The notes beneath the pieces were generated by a model, which was not told the DNA's origin, ran no database searches, and saw only the letters and a list, made by a program, of their open reading frames with translations. 64,000 bases of DNA from Actinomycetota bacterium. GTDB taxonomy: Bacteria > Actinomycetota > UBA4738 > JACQTL01. Within the stretch, counting starts at the first letter, position 1. Each line of letters starts with the position of its first letter. The stretch lies in contig DATBHM010000065.1 of NCBI GenBank assembly GCA_036557505.1, positions 6,742 through 70,741 on the forward strand. Direction: 5' to 3'. Below are positions 29,021 through 38,853 of this stretch, one piece after another. The position numbers were made by a program, and so were the translations under genes.

Positions 29021-30652
29021 GTGCAGCAAGCGCCCCGCCCCCGCCGCCTGCTCGCCGTGCTGTTCCTCGACATGGTCGGGTCGACGCAGGTGGCGTCCGA
29101 CCTGGGCGACCGCCGGTGGCGTGAGCTGCTGTCGAGGTTCCGGCGCACCGTTCGAACGCAGCTGAAGCGGTACGAGGGCCACGAGGAGGACACGGCCGGC
29201 GACGGGTTCTTCGCCACGTTCGCATCGCCCGAGCAGGCCGTCCGGGCCGCCGACGCGATCGTCCGATCGGTCCAGGCGCACGGCGTCGACGTGCGCTGCG
29301 GCGTCCACTTCGGCGAGGTCGAGATGGTCGACGGTGGGCTCGCCGGGATCGCCGTCCACATCGGGTCGCGCGTGATGTCGCTGGCAGGTCCCACGGAGGT
29401 GCTGGTCACGAGCACCGTGCGCGACCTCGTGACCGGCTCGGGAATGGCGTTCGAGGACCTGTCGGCGCACGAGCTCAAGGGGGTTCCGGGGACCTGGCAG
29501 CTGTTCGCGCTGCGGGCCATCGACGGACAGGCGGCGACCGCGCCGCTCCTCGGCTCCGACGCCGCCGAACGGCTGGCCGCGGTCGTCGCGGCGGGGAGCT
29601 CGCGCCGGCTGGCCCCGCTCGTGGTCGGGTTCGGCGGGCTCGTCCTCGTGGGGGTCGTGCTGTGGCTCCTGCTCGGCCGGGGCGGAGGTCACGCTGCGGC
29701 CGGCGGCAGTCCGTCGCCCGGGGTCGCGTCGCATCCGGTCGCGACCGGCTCGACGCCGGGCGGTTCGCCGAGCCCGACGGCGATGGCGACCGTGGACCAG
29801 GCCGTGGTCAGGCTGAACCCCGAGTCCGGCGACGTCCACGTGGTGGCCACCGAGGTCATGCAGGGCGGCTTGGGCGGGACGCGGTTCCTCGCGGCCGGCG
29901 AGGGCGGAGTGTGGGTGTCGGGAAACGGCCTCGTGGAGGTGGATCCGGCGACCGGCGCGACGCGCTCGTACGCGACGGGGGGCGGCAACGTCGTGGTCGG
30001 CGACGGCGAGGTCTGGACGGCGACCGCGACCGGTTCGAACAACGCGTTCCACCCGGCCGCCGCCATGATCGACCCGGCGACCCACACCGTGCGGACGATC
30101 AGGTTCCCGGGGACCTACACCTCGCTGCACGGGACCGTCGCGATCGCCGATGGGTACGTGTGGCTCGCCTACCAGGGCCGGCTGCTGCGGACGGACCCCT
30201 CACACGGGGGATTCACCGAGGTCCCCCATCAGGGAAGCGTCGACCTCGTCTCCGCGTACGGGCAGGAGGTGTGGGGGACCGATTTCATCGCCGGCGTGCT
30301 GCGGCAGATCGATCCCAATCTCGCCCGGGTGGAACAGACGCACATGCTGCAGTTCGGCCCGGACGCCATCTCGGTCGGCCCCGCCGGGCTCTGGGTCGCG
30401 AACATCTCCGGGAGCATCGCCTTCCCGGTCGACGAGGAGACCGGGCAGCCGGGCGCCCCGGTCGGCGTGGGCACCGGCCCGGTGGCCGTAGCGGTCGGTT
30501 CGAAGTACGTGTGGGTCGCGAACCGCGACGACGACACCGTCACGCGGATCGACCCCGCGACGAACCGGACGACGACGTTTCCGGTGCCGGGGAGCCCGGT
30601 GGCGGTCGCCGTGGACCAGCGCACCGACACGCCGTGGGTGTACGTGACCTGA
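29021..30652 (+). CDS. Class III adenylate/guanylate cyclase with a central TM helix and a C-terminal YVTN-type beta-propeller region
   Basis: The N-terminal cyclase homology domain has LAVLFLDMVGSTQ...GDGFFATF...CGVHFGEV. A TM segment is at roughly 195-215. The C-terminal repeats include YVWVANRDDDTVTRIDPATN. Confidence 0.75.
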   Translation: MQQAPRPRRLLAVLFLDMVGSTQVASDLGDRRWRELLSRFRRTVRTQLKRYEGHEEDTAGDGFFATFASPEQAVRAADAIVRSVQAHGVDVRCGVHFGEVEMVDGGLAGIAVHIGSRVMSLAGPTEVLVTSTVRDLVTGSGMAFEDLSAHELKGVPGTWQLFALRAIDGQAATAPLLGSDAAERLAAVVAAGSSRRLAPLVVGFGGLVLVGVVLWLLLGRGGGHAAAGGSPSPGVASHPVATGSTPGGSPSPTAMATVDQAVVRLNPESGDVHVVATEVMQGGLGGTRFLAAGEGGVWVSGNGLVEVDPATGATRSYATGGGNVVVGDGEVWTATATGSNNAFHPAAAMIDPATHTVRTIRFPGTYTSLHGTVAIADGYVWLAYQGRLLRTDPSHGGFTEVPHQGSVDLVSAYGQEVWGTDFIAGVLRQIDPNLARVEQTHMLQFGPDAISVGPAGLWVANISGSIAFPVDEETGQPGAPVGVGTGPVAVAVGSKYVWVANRDDDTVTRIDPATNRTTTFPVPGSPVAVAVDQRTDTPWVYVT

Positions 30653-30665
30653 GGGAGTTCGCCGC

Positions 30666-31688
30666 CTAGGACCGGCCGCGCCACGAGGCGAGCACGGCGG
30701 CCGCCCGGTCGCGCGACAGGCCGGCCTGGAGCTCTGGGGAGCCGCGTTCGGCGTCCCACGCCAGCGTGTCGCGTACCGTGTCGGCGACCGGACGGGGCTC
30801 GAAGCCGGCGGCGATCGCCCTGCCGGAGGACCGCTGCATGAACCCGGCGTTCTCCTCACCCGGCAGCCACAGCGGGAGGTCGCTCCACGGCTCGACCCCC
30901 TGTGCGAGCAGGAACTCCGGATCGGCCCACACGAGCTCGGCGTCCGAGCCGGCCACCTCGCGGCACGTCCGCAGGAGGTCCTCGAACGTGAGGCGATCCT
31001 CCGGGCCGTGCACGTTGAACACGCCGGTCAGGCGGCGTTCGACGGCGGACAGCATGAAGGCCGCCACGTCGCGGCCGTCCGCGAACTGCACCGGCTGGTC
31101 CCGCGGTCCCGGCGCGAGGACCTCCCCGCCATCCGCGATCCGGCGGGGCCAGTACGTGAACCGGTCGGTGTAGTCGAGGGGACCGACCATCAGCCCCCAC
31201 CGCAGGATCAGCGCGCGATCCGGGAACGCCGTCTCGACCTCCCGTTCGCACAGGACCTTCAGCGGGCCGTAGCTCTCCTCGGTGATCTCCTCGATCGCGG
31301 GGTCGTCGATGGTTCCGAGCGGACCCGATTCGTCCTGACCGGGCGTCCGGTCGTCGGAGTAGGCGGAGAGCGAGGAGACGAACACGTACCGTTCGGCCGC
31401 GTCCGACAGCCGTCGAGCCGACGCGCGCACCACCCGGGGGAAGTATCCGCTGGTGTCGACCACCGTCTCCCACTCGCGGCCGTCCAGGACGTCGAGGCCG
31501 CCGTCGCGGTCGCCGAGGATCTCCTCCGCGCCCTCGACCGCCCCCCGCCCCGTGGTGCCACGGTGGAACACCGTCACGTCGTGGCCGGTCGCCACCGCCA
31601 TGTCCGCGAGGTGGCGGCCGACGAACCGCGTCCCACCGATGAACAGGATCCGCACGGCCCCAATGTAGTCGGCCGGATCCGGGTACAT
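30666..31688 (-). CDS. NAD-dependent epimerase/dehydratase family protein
   Basis: It has a Rossmann GGTRFVGRHL motif and an extended-SDR YxxxK (YGPLK). The start is ATG 31688 or GTG 31655. It is divergent from the folE operon. Confidence 0.7.
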   Translation of the reverse strand: MYPDPADYIGAVRILFIGGTRFVGRHLADMAVATGHDVTVFHRGTTGRGAVEGAEEILGDRDGGLDVLDGREWETVVDTSGYFPRVVRASARRLSDAAERYVFVSSLSAYSDDRTPGQDESGPLGTIDDPAIEEITEESYGPLKVLCEREVETAFPDRALILRWGLMVGPLDYTDRFTYWPRRIADGGEVLAPGPRDQPVQFADGRDVAAFMLSAVERRLTGVFNVHGPEDRLTFEDLLRTCREVAGSDAELVWADPEFLLAQGVEPWSDLPLWLPGEENAGFMQRSSGRAIAAGFEPRPVADTVRDTLAWDAERGSPELQAGLSRDRAAAVLASWRGRS

Positions 31689-31793
31689 CTGCCGGAGGCC
31701 GCCGGGCGTACCCCCTTCGACCCCCCGTGCCGCCGGCGACGAGGGAATGCCCCGCGCGCCGGCCCGGTTCAACGAGGAGCAGCCATGATCGAA

Positions 31794-32447
31794 CCCAACG
31801 ACCTCGCGACGGACGACGACGCGGCGCGCGCCCTGGCCGGGGTGCGGCTCCGCGCCGTGGAACGGGTCCTCCACGACGGCGACGGCGTCCGCAACGTCGC
31901 CGCCGAACAGGCTGTGCGCGACCTCCTGGTCGCCCTCGGCGAGGACCCCGACCGGCCCGGCCTCCGCGAGACGCCGCGTCGGGTCGCCGCCGCGATGACA
32001 GAGCTGCTGTCGCCGGTGGGGTTCACCCCGACGACGTTCCCGAACGACGAGGGCTACGACCAGCTGATCATGGCCCGCGACATCGAGTTCTCTTCGCTCT
32101 GCGAGCACCACCTGCTGCCGTTCACCGGCGTCGCCCACGTGGGCTACATCCCGGGCAAGCGGATCGTCGGGCTGTCGAAGCTCGCCCGGGTGGTCGAGAT
32201 GTTCTCGCGGGATCTCCAGGTCCAGGAGCGGCTGACCGGCCAGATCGCCTCGTGGCTCGACGAGCACCTCGAGCCGGTCGGCGTCGGCGTCGTCCTCGAG
32301 GCCGAACACTCGTGCATGGCGCTCCGCGGCGTCCGCAAGCCGGGGTCGCGCACGATCACGTCGGCGCTGCGCGGCGCGGTCCGCGACGACGCCCGGACCC
32401 GGCAGGAGTTCCTGTCGCTCGCGACGCGGCACACCGAGGAGCGCTAG
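31794..32447 (+). CDS. folE: GTP cyclohydrolase I
   Basis: The 217-aa product has the FolE signature FSSLCEHHLLPF and VVLEAEHSCMALRGV. The ribosome-binding site before ATG 31794 is CGAGGAG. Confidence 0.9.
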   Translation, partial: PNDLATDDDAARALAGVRLRAVERVLHDGDGVRNVAAEQAVRDLLVALGEDPDRPGLRETPRRVAAAMTELLSPVGFTPTTFPNDEGYDQLIMARDIEFSSLCEHHLLPFTGVAHVGYIPGKRIVGLSKLARVVEMFSRDLQVQERLTGQIASWLDEHLEPVGVGVVLEAEHSCMALRGVRKPGSRTITSALRGAVRDDARTRQEFLSLATRHTEER

Positions 32448-32457
32448 CGTTCCGGCC

Positions 32458-32880
32458 ATGCCGGTCGTGGTGACCCGTCGCGAGACGTTCACCGCCGGGC
32501 ACCGCCTGTTCCGCCCGGAATGGTCCGACGAACGCAACCTCGAGGTGTTCGGCCGGTGCAGCAACCCGTCGGGACACGGGCACAACTACGTGCTCGAGGT
32601 CGGCGTGCGGGGAGAGGTCGATCCCGAGACCGGCTACGTGATCGACCTCGGCGAGCTGTCCCGGATCCTGCATGAGGCGGTGCTCGACGACATCGACCAC
32701 CGGAACCTCAACACCGACGTGCACTGGCTGGCCGGACGCATCCCGACCACCGAGACCCTCGTTGACGCCATCTGGGAGCGCCTCGACGAGCGCATCCCCG
32801 GCGGCAGGCTGTGCAGGGTCGCGGTCCGGGAGACCGAGAAGAACGCCGCCGAGCGGACCCGCGACGGGGCGGGCGGGTGA
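32458..32880 (+). CDS. 6-pyruvoyl-tetrahydropterin synthase (PTPS)
   Basis: The GRCSNPSGHGHNY motif is present, with the catalytic Cys and the zinc His triad. It is of the PTPS type rather than the QueD CxxxHGH type. It is 140 aa long. Confidence 0.8.
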   Translation: MPVVVTRRETFTAGHRLFRPEWSDERNLEVFGRCSNPSGHGHNYVLEVGVRGEVDPETGYVIDLGELSRILHEAVLDDIDHRNLNTDVHWLAGRIPTTETLVDAIWERLDERIPGGRLCRVAVRETEKNAAERTRDGAGG

Positions 32881-33644
32881 CGCAGGCGCCGCCGGAGCTC
32901 GTCCGCCGATACGGCCCCGCCGACCTCTCGGCGTTCACGCCCGAGGAGCGCGACCGGTTCCTGCGACCACTCGAAGGCGCCCCCTGGGAATCGGTCGGGC
33001 CGGCCGTGGGATGGGAGCTGCTGTACCGGCTCGAACCGGAGCTCTACGACCGGCTCGTCGCGGGGGAACGCCTGCACCCCGGGGTCCTGGCCTGGCTCCC
33101 CGAACGGATCGGACGCGCCGTCGAGGTGGGCGCGGGGACGGGCCGGCTGACGATCGACCTCGCCCCTCGCTGCGACCGACTGCTCGCCATCGAGCCCGCC
33201 GCCCCCATGCGGTCGATCCTCGGGGACCGGCTGCGCGACCGGGCCCTCGACGGCCGCGTCGAGGTCGCGGACGGGTTCTTCGAACGGCTGCCGGCCGGCG
33301 ACGGCGAGGCGGATCTCGTGATCGCGTGCTCGTCGTTCACGACGGCGACGGGGCACGGTTCGTCGAGCGGCCTCGACGAGATGCTGCGCGTGTGCCGTCC
33401 CGGCGGGCTGGTGGTCGTGGTGTGGGCGGACGACCCAGCCTGGCTCGTGGCGCGGGGGTTCCAGCACGTGGTGTTCCCCGGGGAGATGGCCGTCGAGTTC
33501 CGCGACGCCGACGAGGCCGTCGAGCTGGCGCACGTGTTCGCTCCCGGAGCCGTGGCGTGGATCGAGCGGACCGGCTCCCGCCGTGTGCCCTACGACGTGC
33601 TCGGGACGAACCCACCCCGCGAGCTGTGCTGGCGCCGGCGATGA
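32877..33644 (+). CDS. Class I SAM-dependent methyltransferase
   Basis: The GTG start overlaps the PTPS stop as GTGA. The SAM-binding motif is VEVGAGTGRLT. Confidence 0.65.
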   Translation: MTQAPPELVRRYGPADLSAFTPEERDRFLRPLEGAPWESVGPAVGWELLYRLEPELYDRLVAGERLHPGVLAWLPERIGRAVEVGAGTGRLTIDLAPRCDRLLAIEPAAPMRSILGDRLRDRALDGRVEVADGFFERLPAGDGEADLVIACSSFTTATGHGSSSGLDEMLRVCRPGGLVVVVWADDPAWLVARGFQHVVFPGEMAVEFRDADEAVELAHVFAPGAVAWIERTGSRRVPYDVLGTNPPRELCWRRR

Positions 33645-34720
33645 GGATCGCCGTGCTGGCGCCCCTGGTGTCGCCCATCGCCGAGCCACACATGGGCGGC
33701 TCCCAGGCGCTGCTCGCCGATCTGGCGATGGCGCTGGCCGGGCGGGGGCACGACGTCCGGGTGTACGCGGCCCGGGGGTCGCGAATCGACGGTGTGGACG
33801 TGGTGGACACCGGCGTCGACCCCGGGTCGTTGCGAGCCACCGTGTTCCGTGCGGGCGGGGCCCCCTCCGACCGGCGGGCCCACGCCGCCGCGGCGGCCGC
33901 ATTCGACACGGCCGCGCGGATGATCGGGAGCGACCGGCCCGAGGTGGTCCACGCGCACGCCTTCGACGCGCCGGCCGTGGCCGCAGTCGCCGCGCTCCGC
34001 GTCCCGACGATCCAGGTGCTGCACCTCCCGCCGGTGGACGACGTGGCGGCAGCGGTCCGCCAGGTGGACCGCGGCGACGTCCGCGTGGTGACCGTCTCGC
34101 GGGCCATGCGCCACGCCTGGGCCGGACAGGGGATCGCCGCGGGGGTGATCCGCCCCGGCGTCCCCGTGGAACGGATTCCGTGGCGGGCCGAGCCCGGCGG
34201 AGGGGTGCTGTTCGCCGGCCGGCTCACCCCGGAGAAGGGCGCCCTCGACGCGATCGCCATCGCCGCCGGGGCCGGAGTTCCCCTCACGATCGTCGGCCAG
34301 CCCTACGACGACGACCACGCGGCCGAGGTCGGCGCGCGGGCGAGGGCGGCCGGCGTCGACCTGCGCCCGCCGGTTCCACGGGTCCGGCTGTGGGAGCTCA
34401 TGGCGAGCGCCACCGCCGTGCTCTGCCCGATCCGGTGGGAGGAGCCGTTCGGCCTCGTCGCCGCGGAGGCCCAGGCGGCCGGGACGCCGGTGGTCGGCTA
34501 CCGACGCGGAGCGCTTCCGGAGGTCGTCGACGAGGGGATCACCGGCGTGCTCGTCGGCGAGGGCGACGTCGACGCCGCTGTCGCGGGTGTCCGCATCGCG
34601 TCCGGGATGGACCGGGGTGCGATCCGCCGCCACGCCGATCGGTCGCTCGGCCTCGATGCCTCGGTCGAGCGGTTCGAGGAGCTCTCGTCGGAGCTCGTCG
34701 GCGAGCGGGCGCCGCGATGA
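33641..34720 (+). CDS. GT4-family (GT-B fold, Glycos_transf_1) glycosyltransferase
   Basis: The ATG overlaps the upstream stop as ATGA. The C-terminal GT-B domain has EPFGLVAAEAQAAGTPVV. Confidence 0.75.
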   Translation: MRIAVLAPLVSPIAEPHMGGSQALLADLAMALAGRGHDVRVYAARGSRIDGVDVVDTGVDPGSLRATVFRAGGAPSDRRAHAAAAAAFDTAARMIGSDRPEVVHAHAFDAPAVAAVAALRVPTIQVLHLPPVDDVAAAVRQVDRGDVRVVTVSRAMRHAWAGQGIAAGVIRPGVPVERIPWRAEPGGGVLFAGRLTPEKGALDAIAIAAGAGVPLTIVGQPYDDDHAAEVGARARAAGVDLRPPVPRVRLWELMASATAVLCPIRWEEPFGLVAAEAQAAGTPVVGYRRGALPEVVDEGITGVLVGEGDVDAAVAGVRIASGMDRGAIRRHADRSLGLDASVERFEELSSELVGERAPR

Positions 34721-35418
34721 GGTTCGAGGGGGAGGTGGCCGTCGTGACGGGGGCCAGCCGGGGCATCGGGCGGGCCACCGCCGCCCGTCTGGCCGCCGAG
34801 GGCGCGACGGTGGTCGCCGCTGCCCGGAACGGCGAACGGCTGGACGGGCTCGCTGCGGAGGCCGGCGGGGCGATCACCCCCGTCGCGTGCGACGTCGCGA
34901 TCCCGCCCGACGTGGACCGGCTGTTCGGCGTGGCGGGGGACGTGGGGGGCTGTTCGATCCTGGTGGCGGCCGCCGGCGTCCTGTTCAAGGGCCTGATCGA
35001 CGAGACGACGGACGAGGGGTGGAACCGAACGATCGCCGTGAACCTCACGGGGTCGTTCCTGTGCTCGAGGGCGGCGTTCGGGCAGATGCGAGGCCGGGGC
35101 CGGGGGCGGATCGTGCTGCTCTCGTCGCTCTCCGGCGTGTACGCGACCGAGAAGTTCCCCGGGCTCCTGGCCTACAACGCGTCCAAACACGGGGTCGTGG
35201 GGCTCATGGAGGGACTTGCCGTCGAGGGCCGCGAGCGCGGGATCTCGGCCATCTCCCTCAGCCCGGGGGCCGTGGACACCGAGATGCTCCGCGAGGCGAA
35301 CCCCGACCTCCGCGCGGGTCTCACGCCGGCCGACGTGGCCGGGCTGATCGCGGACCTCCTGGACGGGCCGATCGAGGCGATGAGCGGCGCGAACGTGCCC
35401 CTGTTCTCGAATCGCTGA
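34717..35418 (+). CDS. Short-chain dehydrogenase/reductase (SDR)
   Basis: It has an ATGA overlap with the GT4 stop. The Rossmann motif TGASRGIGRA is present, and the catalytic S...YNASK signature. Confidence 0.8.
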   Translation: MRFEGEVAVVTGASRGIGRATAARLAAEGATVVAAARNGERLDGLAAEAGGAITPVACDVAIPPDVDRLFGVAGDVGGCSILVAAAGVLFKGLIDETTDEGWNRTIAVNLTGSFLCSRAAFGQMRGRGRGRIVLLSSLSGVYATEKFPGLLAYNASKHGVVGLMEGLAVEGRERGISAISLSPGAVDTEMLREANPDLRAGLTPADVAGLIADLLDGPIEAMSGANVPLFSNR

Positions 35419-35479
35419 CACGAACGCCCCCCGGGACCGGCAGGTTTGACCGGTCCCGAGGACCGGGAAAGGCTCAAGC

Positions 35480-36238
35480 ATGCCCGGGGCAGGGGTCCAG
35501 CCGATGGCGTTCGCCCCGATGCGGCCGCGTGACGCGTCGGGATCGAGGCGAGGCTCGCCGGGCTCGGCGACGGTGCGCCGCACCGTCGTCCTGAACCGTC
35601 CCCCCATCCTGCCGCCGCGGTGGGCGAGCAACAGCGCCGCCGTCACGAGGGCCGGGACGGCGGTCGCCGCAGCCAGGGCGGGACGGCGGCGGGCGAGGCG
35701 TGCCGCGGCGGCCATGCTCGCGATCGGCGTGGTCGTGGCGGGCGCGCGCGTGGTCCTCGCCCAGGTCGCGTTCGGCGCGCAGCGGATCGCGACCGGAGCC
35801 CGGGTCGCCGCCCCCGCGTTCGTCCCCGCGGGATTCCTCGATGCGCTCGTGTCGCGGGCCGTCGAGGGCACGTCCACCTCGGGTGTGCCCGCCCGGAGCC
35901 TGCCCGATCCGTGCGCCGACGTCGTCCACTCGGCGATTCGTTCGCTCATCGCGTGCGAGGCCACCCTGTGGAACGTCCCTGGTGGCGCTGCGAGGGCGCT
36001 CGCCGTGGCCCGATGCGAGTCGCGGTTCGAGACGGCGGCGTTCAACCCTTCCGGCTGCGACGGCGCGGGATGCCTGGGGGTGTTCCAGCAGAGCCTGCAG
36101 TACTGGCGGATGCGGGCGGCCGAGTACGGCTATCCGGGGCGGCCGGCGACCGACCCTCGGGCCAACGTCGTCGTGAGCATGCGGATGGCCGCCGACCGGG
36201 GAACCTGGGCCCTGGACTGGCCGGTCTGCGGGCGCTGA
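35480..36238 (+). CDS. Membrane-anchored transglycosylase-like (lysozyme-like) domain protein
   Basis: A TM anchor is at roughly 79-100. The C-terminal ARCESRFETAAFNPSGCDGAGCLGVFQQSLQYW resembles lytic transglycosylase / Rpf-like catalytic regions. The start is uncertain. Confidence 0.45.
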   Translation: MPGAGVQPMAFAPMRPRDASGSRRGSPGSATVRRTVVLNRPPILPPRWASNSAAVTRAGTAVAAARAGRRRARRAAAAMLAIGVVVAGARVVLAQVAFGAQRIATGARVAAPAFVPAGFLDALVSRAVEGTSTSGVPARSLPDPCADVVHSAIRSLIACEATLWNVPGGAARALAVARCESRFETAAFNPSGCDGAGCLGVFQQSLQYWRMRAAEYGYPGRPATDPRANVVVSMRMAADRGTWALDWPVCGR

Positions 36239-36293
36239 GACGCCCGCGGCAGCGGAGAACGTAGGCGGAGCCGGACCGGGCCGGAGGGGCCGG

Positions 36294-37082
36294 TCAGGAC
36301 ATCACGTCGGCGTCGACGTCCTGGTCGACGGCCGGTGAGGAGACACCCAGGGGCGACGATTCGACGGGCGAGCCGGCGGACATCGGGTGCCCGGACGGTT
36401 CCGGCTCCGAGCCGCGCTCGTCGGAGGGGAACGCGGGGGCGGCGGTCGCGATGCGCTCGACCGCGCCGCGCAGCTCGACCAGCACCATGTCGCGGAACTC
36501 GAGGGCCTCGGCCGTACGGCGGTCGGCGTCCGAACGAGCTTGGGCTGCGGCCTCCTCGGCACCGGCCCTGACCCGCCCGGCCTCCTCGCGGGCTTCGGCC
36601 ACGACCTTCGCGGCCTCGGCGTTCGCCGCCGACACGGCCTTGTCCGCCTCGACCGCGGCGTTCCGGGCGGCCTCGACGTGTCCGGCCACGCTCTTCTCTG
36701 CGTCCGTCCGCGCGGCGACGACCGTTCGGTCCGCCTCCTTGCGCGCCTCGTCGAGGACCCGGTCGGCCTCCTGCCTCGCGTCCGCGACCAGCTTGGTGGA
36801 CTCCTGCTCGGCCTCCTGGCGGAGCTGGTTGGCGTGGTCCTCGGCTTCCCGCAGGACGTCGGCCATACGCGCGGCGAGATCGCTCATGCCCTCGGGCCCG
36901 GCCGTGGGCACGGTCGCGCGCCGGAGCTCGCCGATCTGGGAGCGCAGGGTCGCGAAGGTGCCGGCCAGGTGTCCGAGGTAGTCGTGCACCTCGTCGGGCG
37001 AGTACCCGTCGGGCACGACCGAGAAGCGACGCCGCCGGATCTCGTCCGCCAGCGCCCAGTCGGCCGGGGCGAGATTGGTCAT
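36294..37082 (-). CDS. DivIVA domain-containing coiled-coil protein
   Basis: The start is ATG 37082 (MTNLAPADW...). The N-terminal DivIVA motif is RRRFSVVPDGYSPDEVHDYL, followed by a long Ala/Glu/Arg coiled coil. Confidence 0.65.
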   Translation of the reverse strand: MTNLAPADWALADEIRRRRFSVVPDGYSPDEVHDYLGHLAGTFATLRSQIGELRRATVPTAGPEGMSDLAARMADVLREAEDHANQLRQEAEQESTKLVADARQEADRVLDEARKEADRTVVAARTDAEKSVAGHVEAARNAAVEADKAVSAANAEAAKVVAEAREEAGRVRAGAEEAAAQARSDADRRTAEALEFRDMVLVELRGAVERIATAAPAFPSDERGSEPEPSGHPMSAGSPVESSPLGVSSPAVDQDVDADVMS

Positions 37083-37125
37083 CGCGTCGGGCCGGTCGCC
37101 GTTCGTCTGCTCTTGCACGGCATAG

Positions 37126-38709
37126 TCATCGGCCGTTCTTCCCCAATGCTGAAATGTCTGAAGGGGAATTCCTGCGGGATCCCGGATGCCGCGTGCGGCC
37201 CGCCCCGGACGTGCCTGCGTGCCCGCGATGCCCCGTGCGATGGACGCGATGGATCCGATGGATCCGATGGTGGTGATGGGCCACGGGAGGCGCCGGGGGG
37301 AGGGGCGGGATCGGGTCGAGCAGGGCGGGCGGGGTCGGAGGCCGCGAGAAGTCGAACTCCTTCGACAGATCCCCGAGGATCGACGCGTTCTCACGGACGT
37401 CCGGCCGGGAGTCGGGCCGACCGTCGGTCGCGGGATCGATGCGCTGGCCACCGAGGAAGTCGTCCTCGATGAACTTCATGTAGGCGTCGAACGACAGGGT
37501 CTGGTGGTCGACCATCCCGGTTCGGGCGTAGGGGGAGATCAGGAGTCCGGGGACCCGGATCCCGTACCCGGCCCCGTCCACGACCGGGGGCGCCACGTGG
37601 TCGTAGAACCCGCCCCAGTCGTCCCACGAGACGAAGATCGCCGACGACGACCAGTCGGGGCTCCGCATCACCGCGTTGACCATCCGCGTGACGTACGCCT
37701 CGCCGGTGCGGACCGACGCCGGGGGGTGCTCGCTGTTCCGCTGGTCCGGGACGATCCAGGATACGTTGGGGAGCTTCCCCGCCCTGGCCGCGGCGAGGAA
37801 CGACCTCGTCGTCCGGATGTTGCCCAGCTGCCCGTCCTGGACCACGTCCTCGAACCTCGGGAGCGGGTTCCAGATCCCCGGCGTGCCGGCGGACTGGTGC
37901 TTCGTGAGGCAGAACATCTGGTCCCCGGGACAGTCCGGCGTCCCGCCGTTGCCCACGTAGTAGCGCCACGACACCTGGTGCGTGGAGAGCAGCCACGTGA
38001 GGTCGGTCCACGGGAACGCGCCCGGGGGAGGCGGGTTCCTCGGCCCGAGGCCGATATCCGTGTGGCAGCTGAGCGGATCGGTCGGGACCGCACACCGCGC
38101 CGACCAGCCCGAGACCATCCACAGGTGCGAGGGGAGGCTCCAGGAGGCCACCGGCTCGAACATGTGGTCCTGGAGTACGTAGTTCCTCGCGTACGACCAG
38201 TAGTTCGGGATCTCCCGCGCCGTGTGGTAGCCCATGACGTCCGGCACGGGGCCCGTCGAGGTGAGGCCGGTGCACCTGGGGTCATCGGGCGGGGCCGTCC
38301 TGCAGAACTCCTGCCGTCCGCTGAACGCGCTCGGGACGAAGCCGTCCATCCTCCCGCGGTCGACGTCGTGCCGGGAGTCGGAGGCACTGTGCGGCCCGCC
38401 GTCGTTCACGAGGCTGGTGTCGTGGAAGGGCCGGACGCAGTGGCCGAGGGCCGGATCCGGGATGCAGACGGCGGGGCGGCCGTTGCTCATGGGGATGCCG
38501 TCGGCACCGGGGAAGGTGCCGAAGTAGGAGTCGAACGACCGGTTCTCCTGCATGATGACGATGACGTGCCGGATCTTGTGGATCCCGCCGGTCGGGGGCT
38601 GTTGGGTGGTGGCTCCGGGCGAGGCGTAGATCCAGTACGCGGCGACGAGTACCGCCAGCCCCCCCAGCGCCCCCGCACGCCGCCGCCACGAGCCGAGCGC
38701 CATCACCAC
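37126..38709 (-). CDS. Phosphoesterase family protein (phospholipase C / AcpA-type acid phosphatase) with a His-rich C-terminal tail
   Basis: It has the [20 protein letters not shown]-terminal signature of the phosphoesterase (PLC) family and a signal peptide. The tail reads [24 protein letters not shown]. Confidence 0.8.
   Translation of the reverse strand: MVMALGSWRRRAGALGGLAVLVAAYWIYASPGATTQQPPTGGIHKIRHVIVIMQENRSFDSYFGTFPGADGIPMSNGRPAVCIPDPALGHCVRPFHDTSLVNDGGPHSASDSRHDVDRGRMDGFVPSAFSGRQEFCRTAPPDDPRCTGLTSTGPVPDVMGYHTAREIPNYWSYARNYVLQDHMFEPVASWSLPSHLWMVSGWSARCAVPTDPLSCHTDIGLGPRNPPPPGAFPWTDLTWLLSTHQVSWRYYVGNGGTPDCPGDQMFCLTKHQSAGTPGIWNPLPRFEDVVQDGQLGNIRTTRSFLAAARAGKLPNVSWIVPDQRNSEHPPASVRTGEAYVTRMVNAVMRSPDWSSSAIFVSWDDWGGFYDHVAPPVVDGAGYGIRVPGLLISPYARTGMVDHQTLSFDAYMKFIEDDFLGGQRIDPATDGRPDSRPDVRENASILGDLSKEFDFSRPPTPPALLDPIPPLPPAPPVAHHHHRIHRIHRVHRTGHRGHAGTSGAGRTRHPGSRRNSPSDISALGKNGR
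37237..37281. repeat. 9-bp tandem repeat (cgatggayc, 5 units) encoding an [10 protein letters not shown] motif on the minus strand
   Basis: The repeat is read directly from the sequence and lies inside the 3' end of the phosphoesterase gene. Confidence 0.6.
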
Positions 38710-38853
38710 CTCAGGTTCGACGCGCGACCGTACCGGGTTCGTTCACGCGGTTTTGCCAGCACCACCGACCCGGCACCCCGCGAGTGTGAGGGCGCCACCC
38801 CGCGGGTACAAGGGGATTCCTCGTCATTCCGCGTCCGAGGAAGGGATGTCGTC

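Noticed and set aside
32458-32880. Interpreting the PTPS homologue as QueD for queuosine biosynthesis.
   Set aside because: The active-site loop is PTPS-type (C-x-N-P-S-G-H-G-H-N-Y) rather than the QueD CxxxHGH type. No queC/queE genes are present, and the neighbours are a GT4, a methyltransferase and an SDR.
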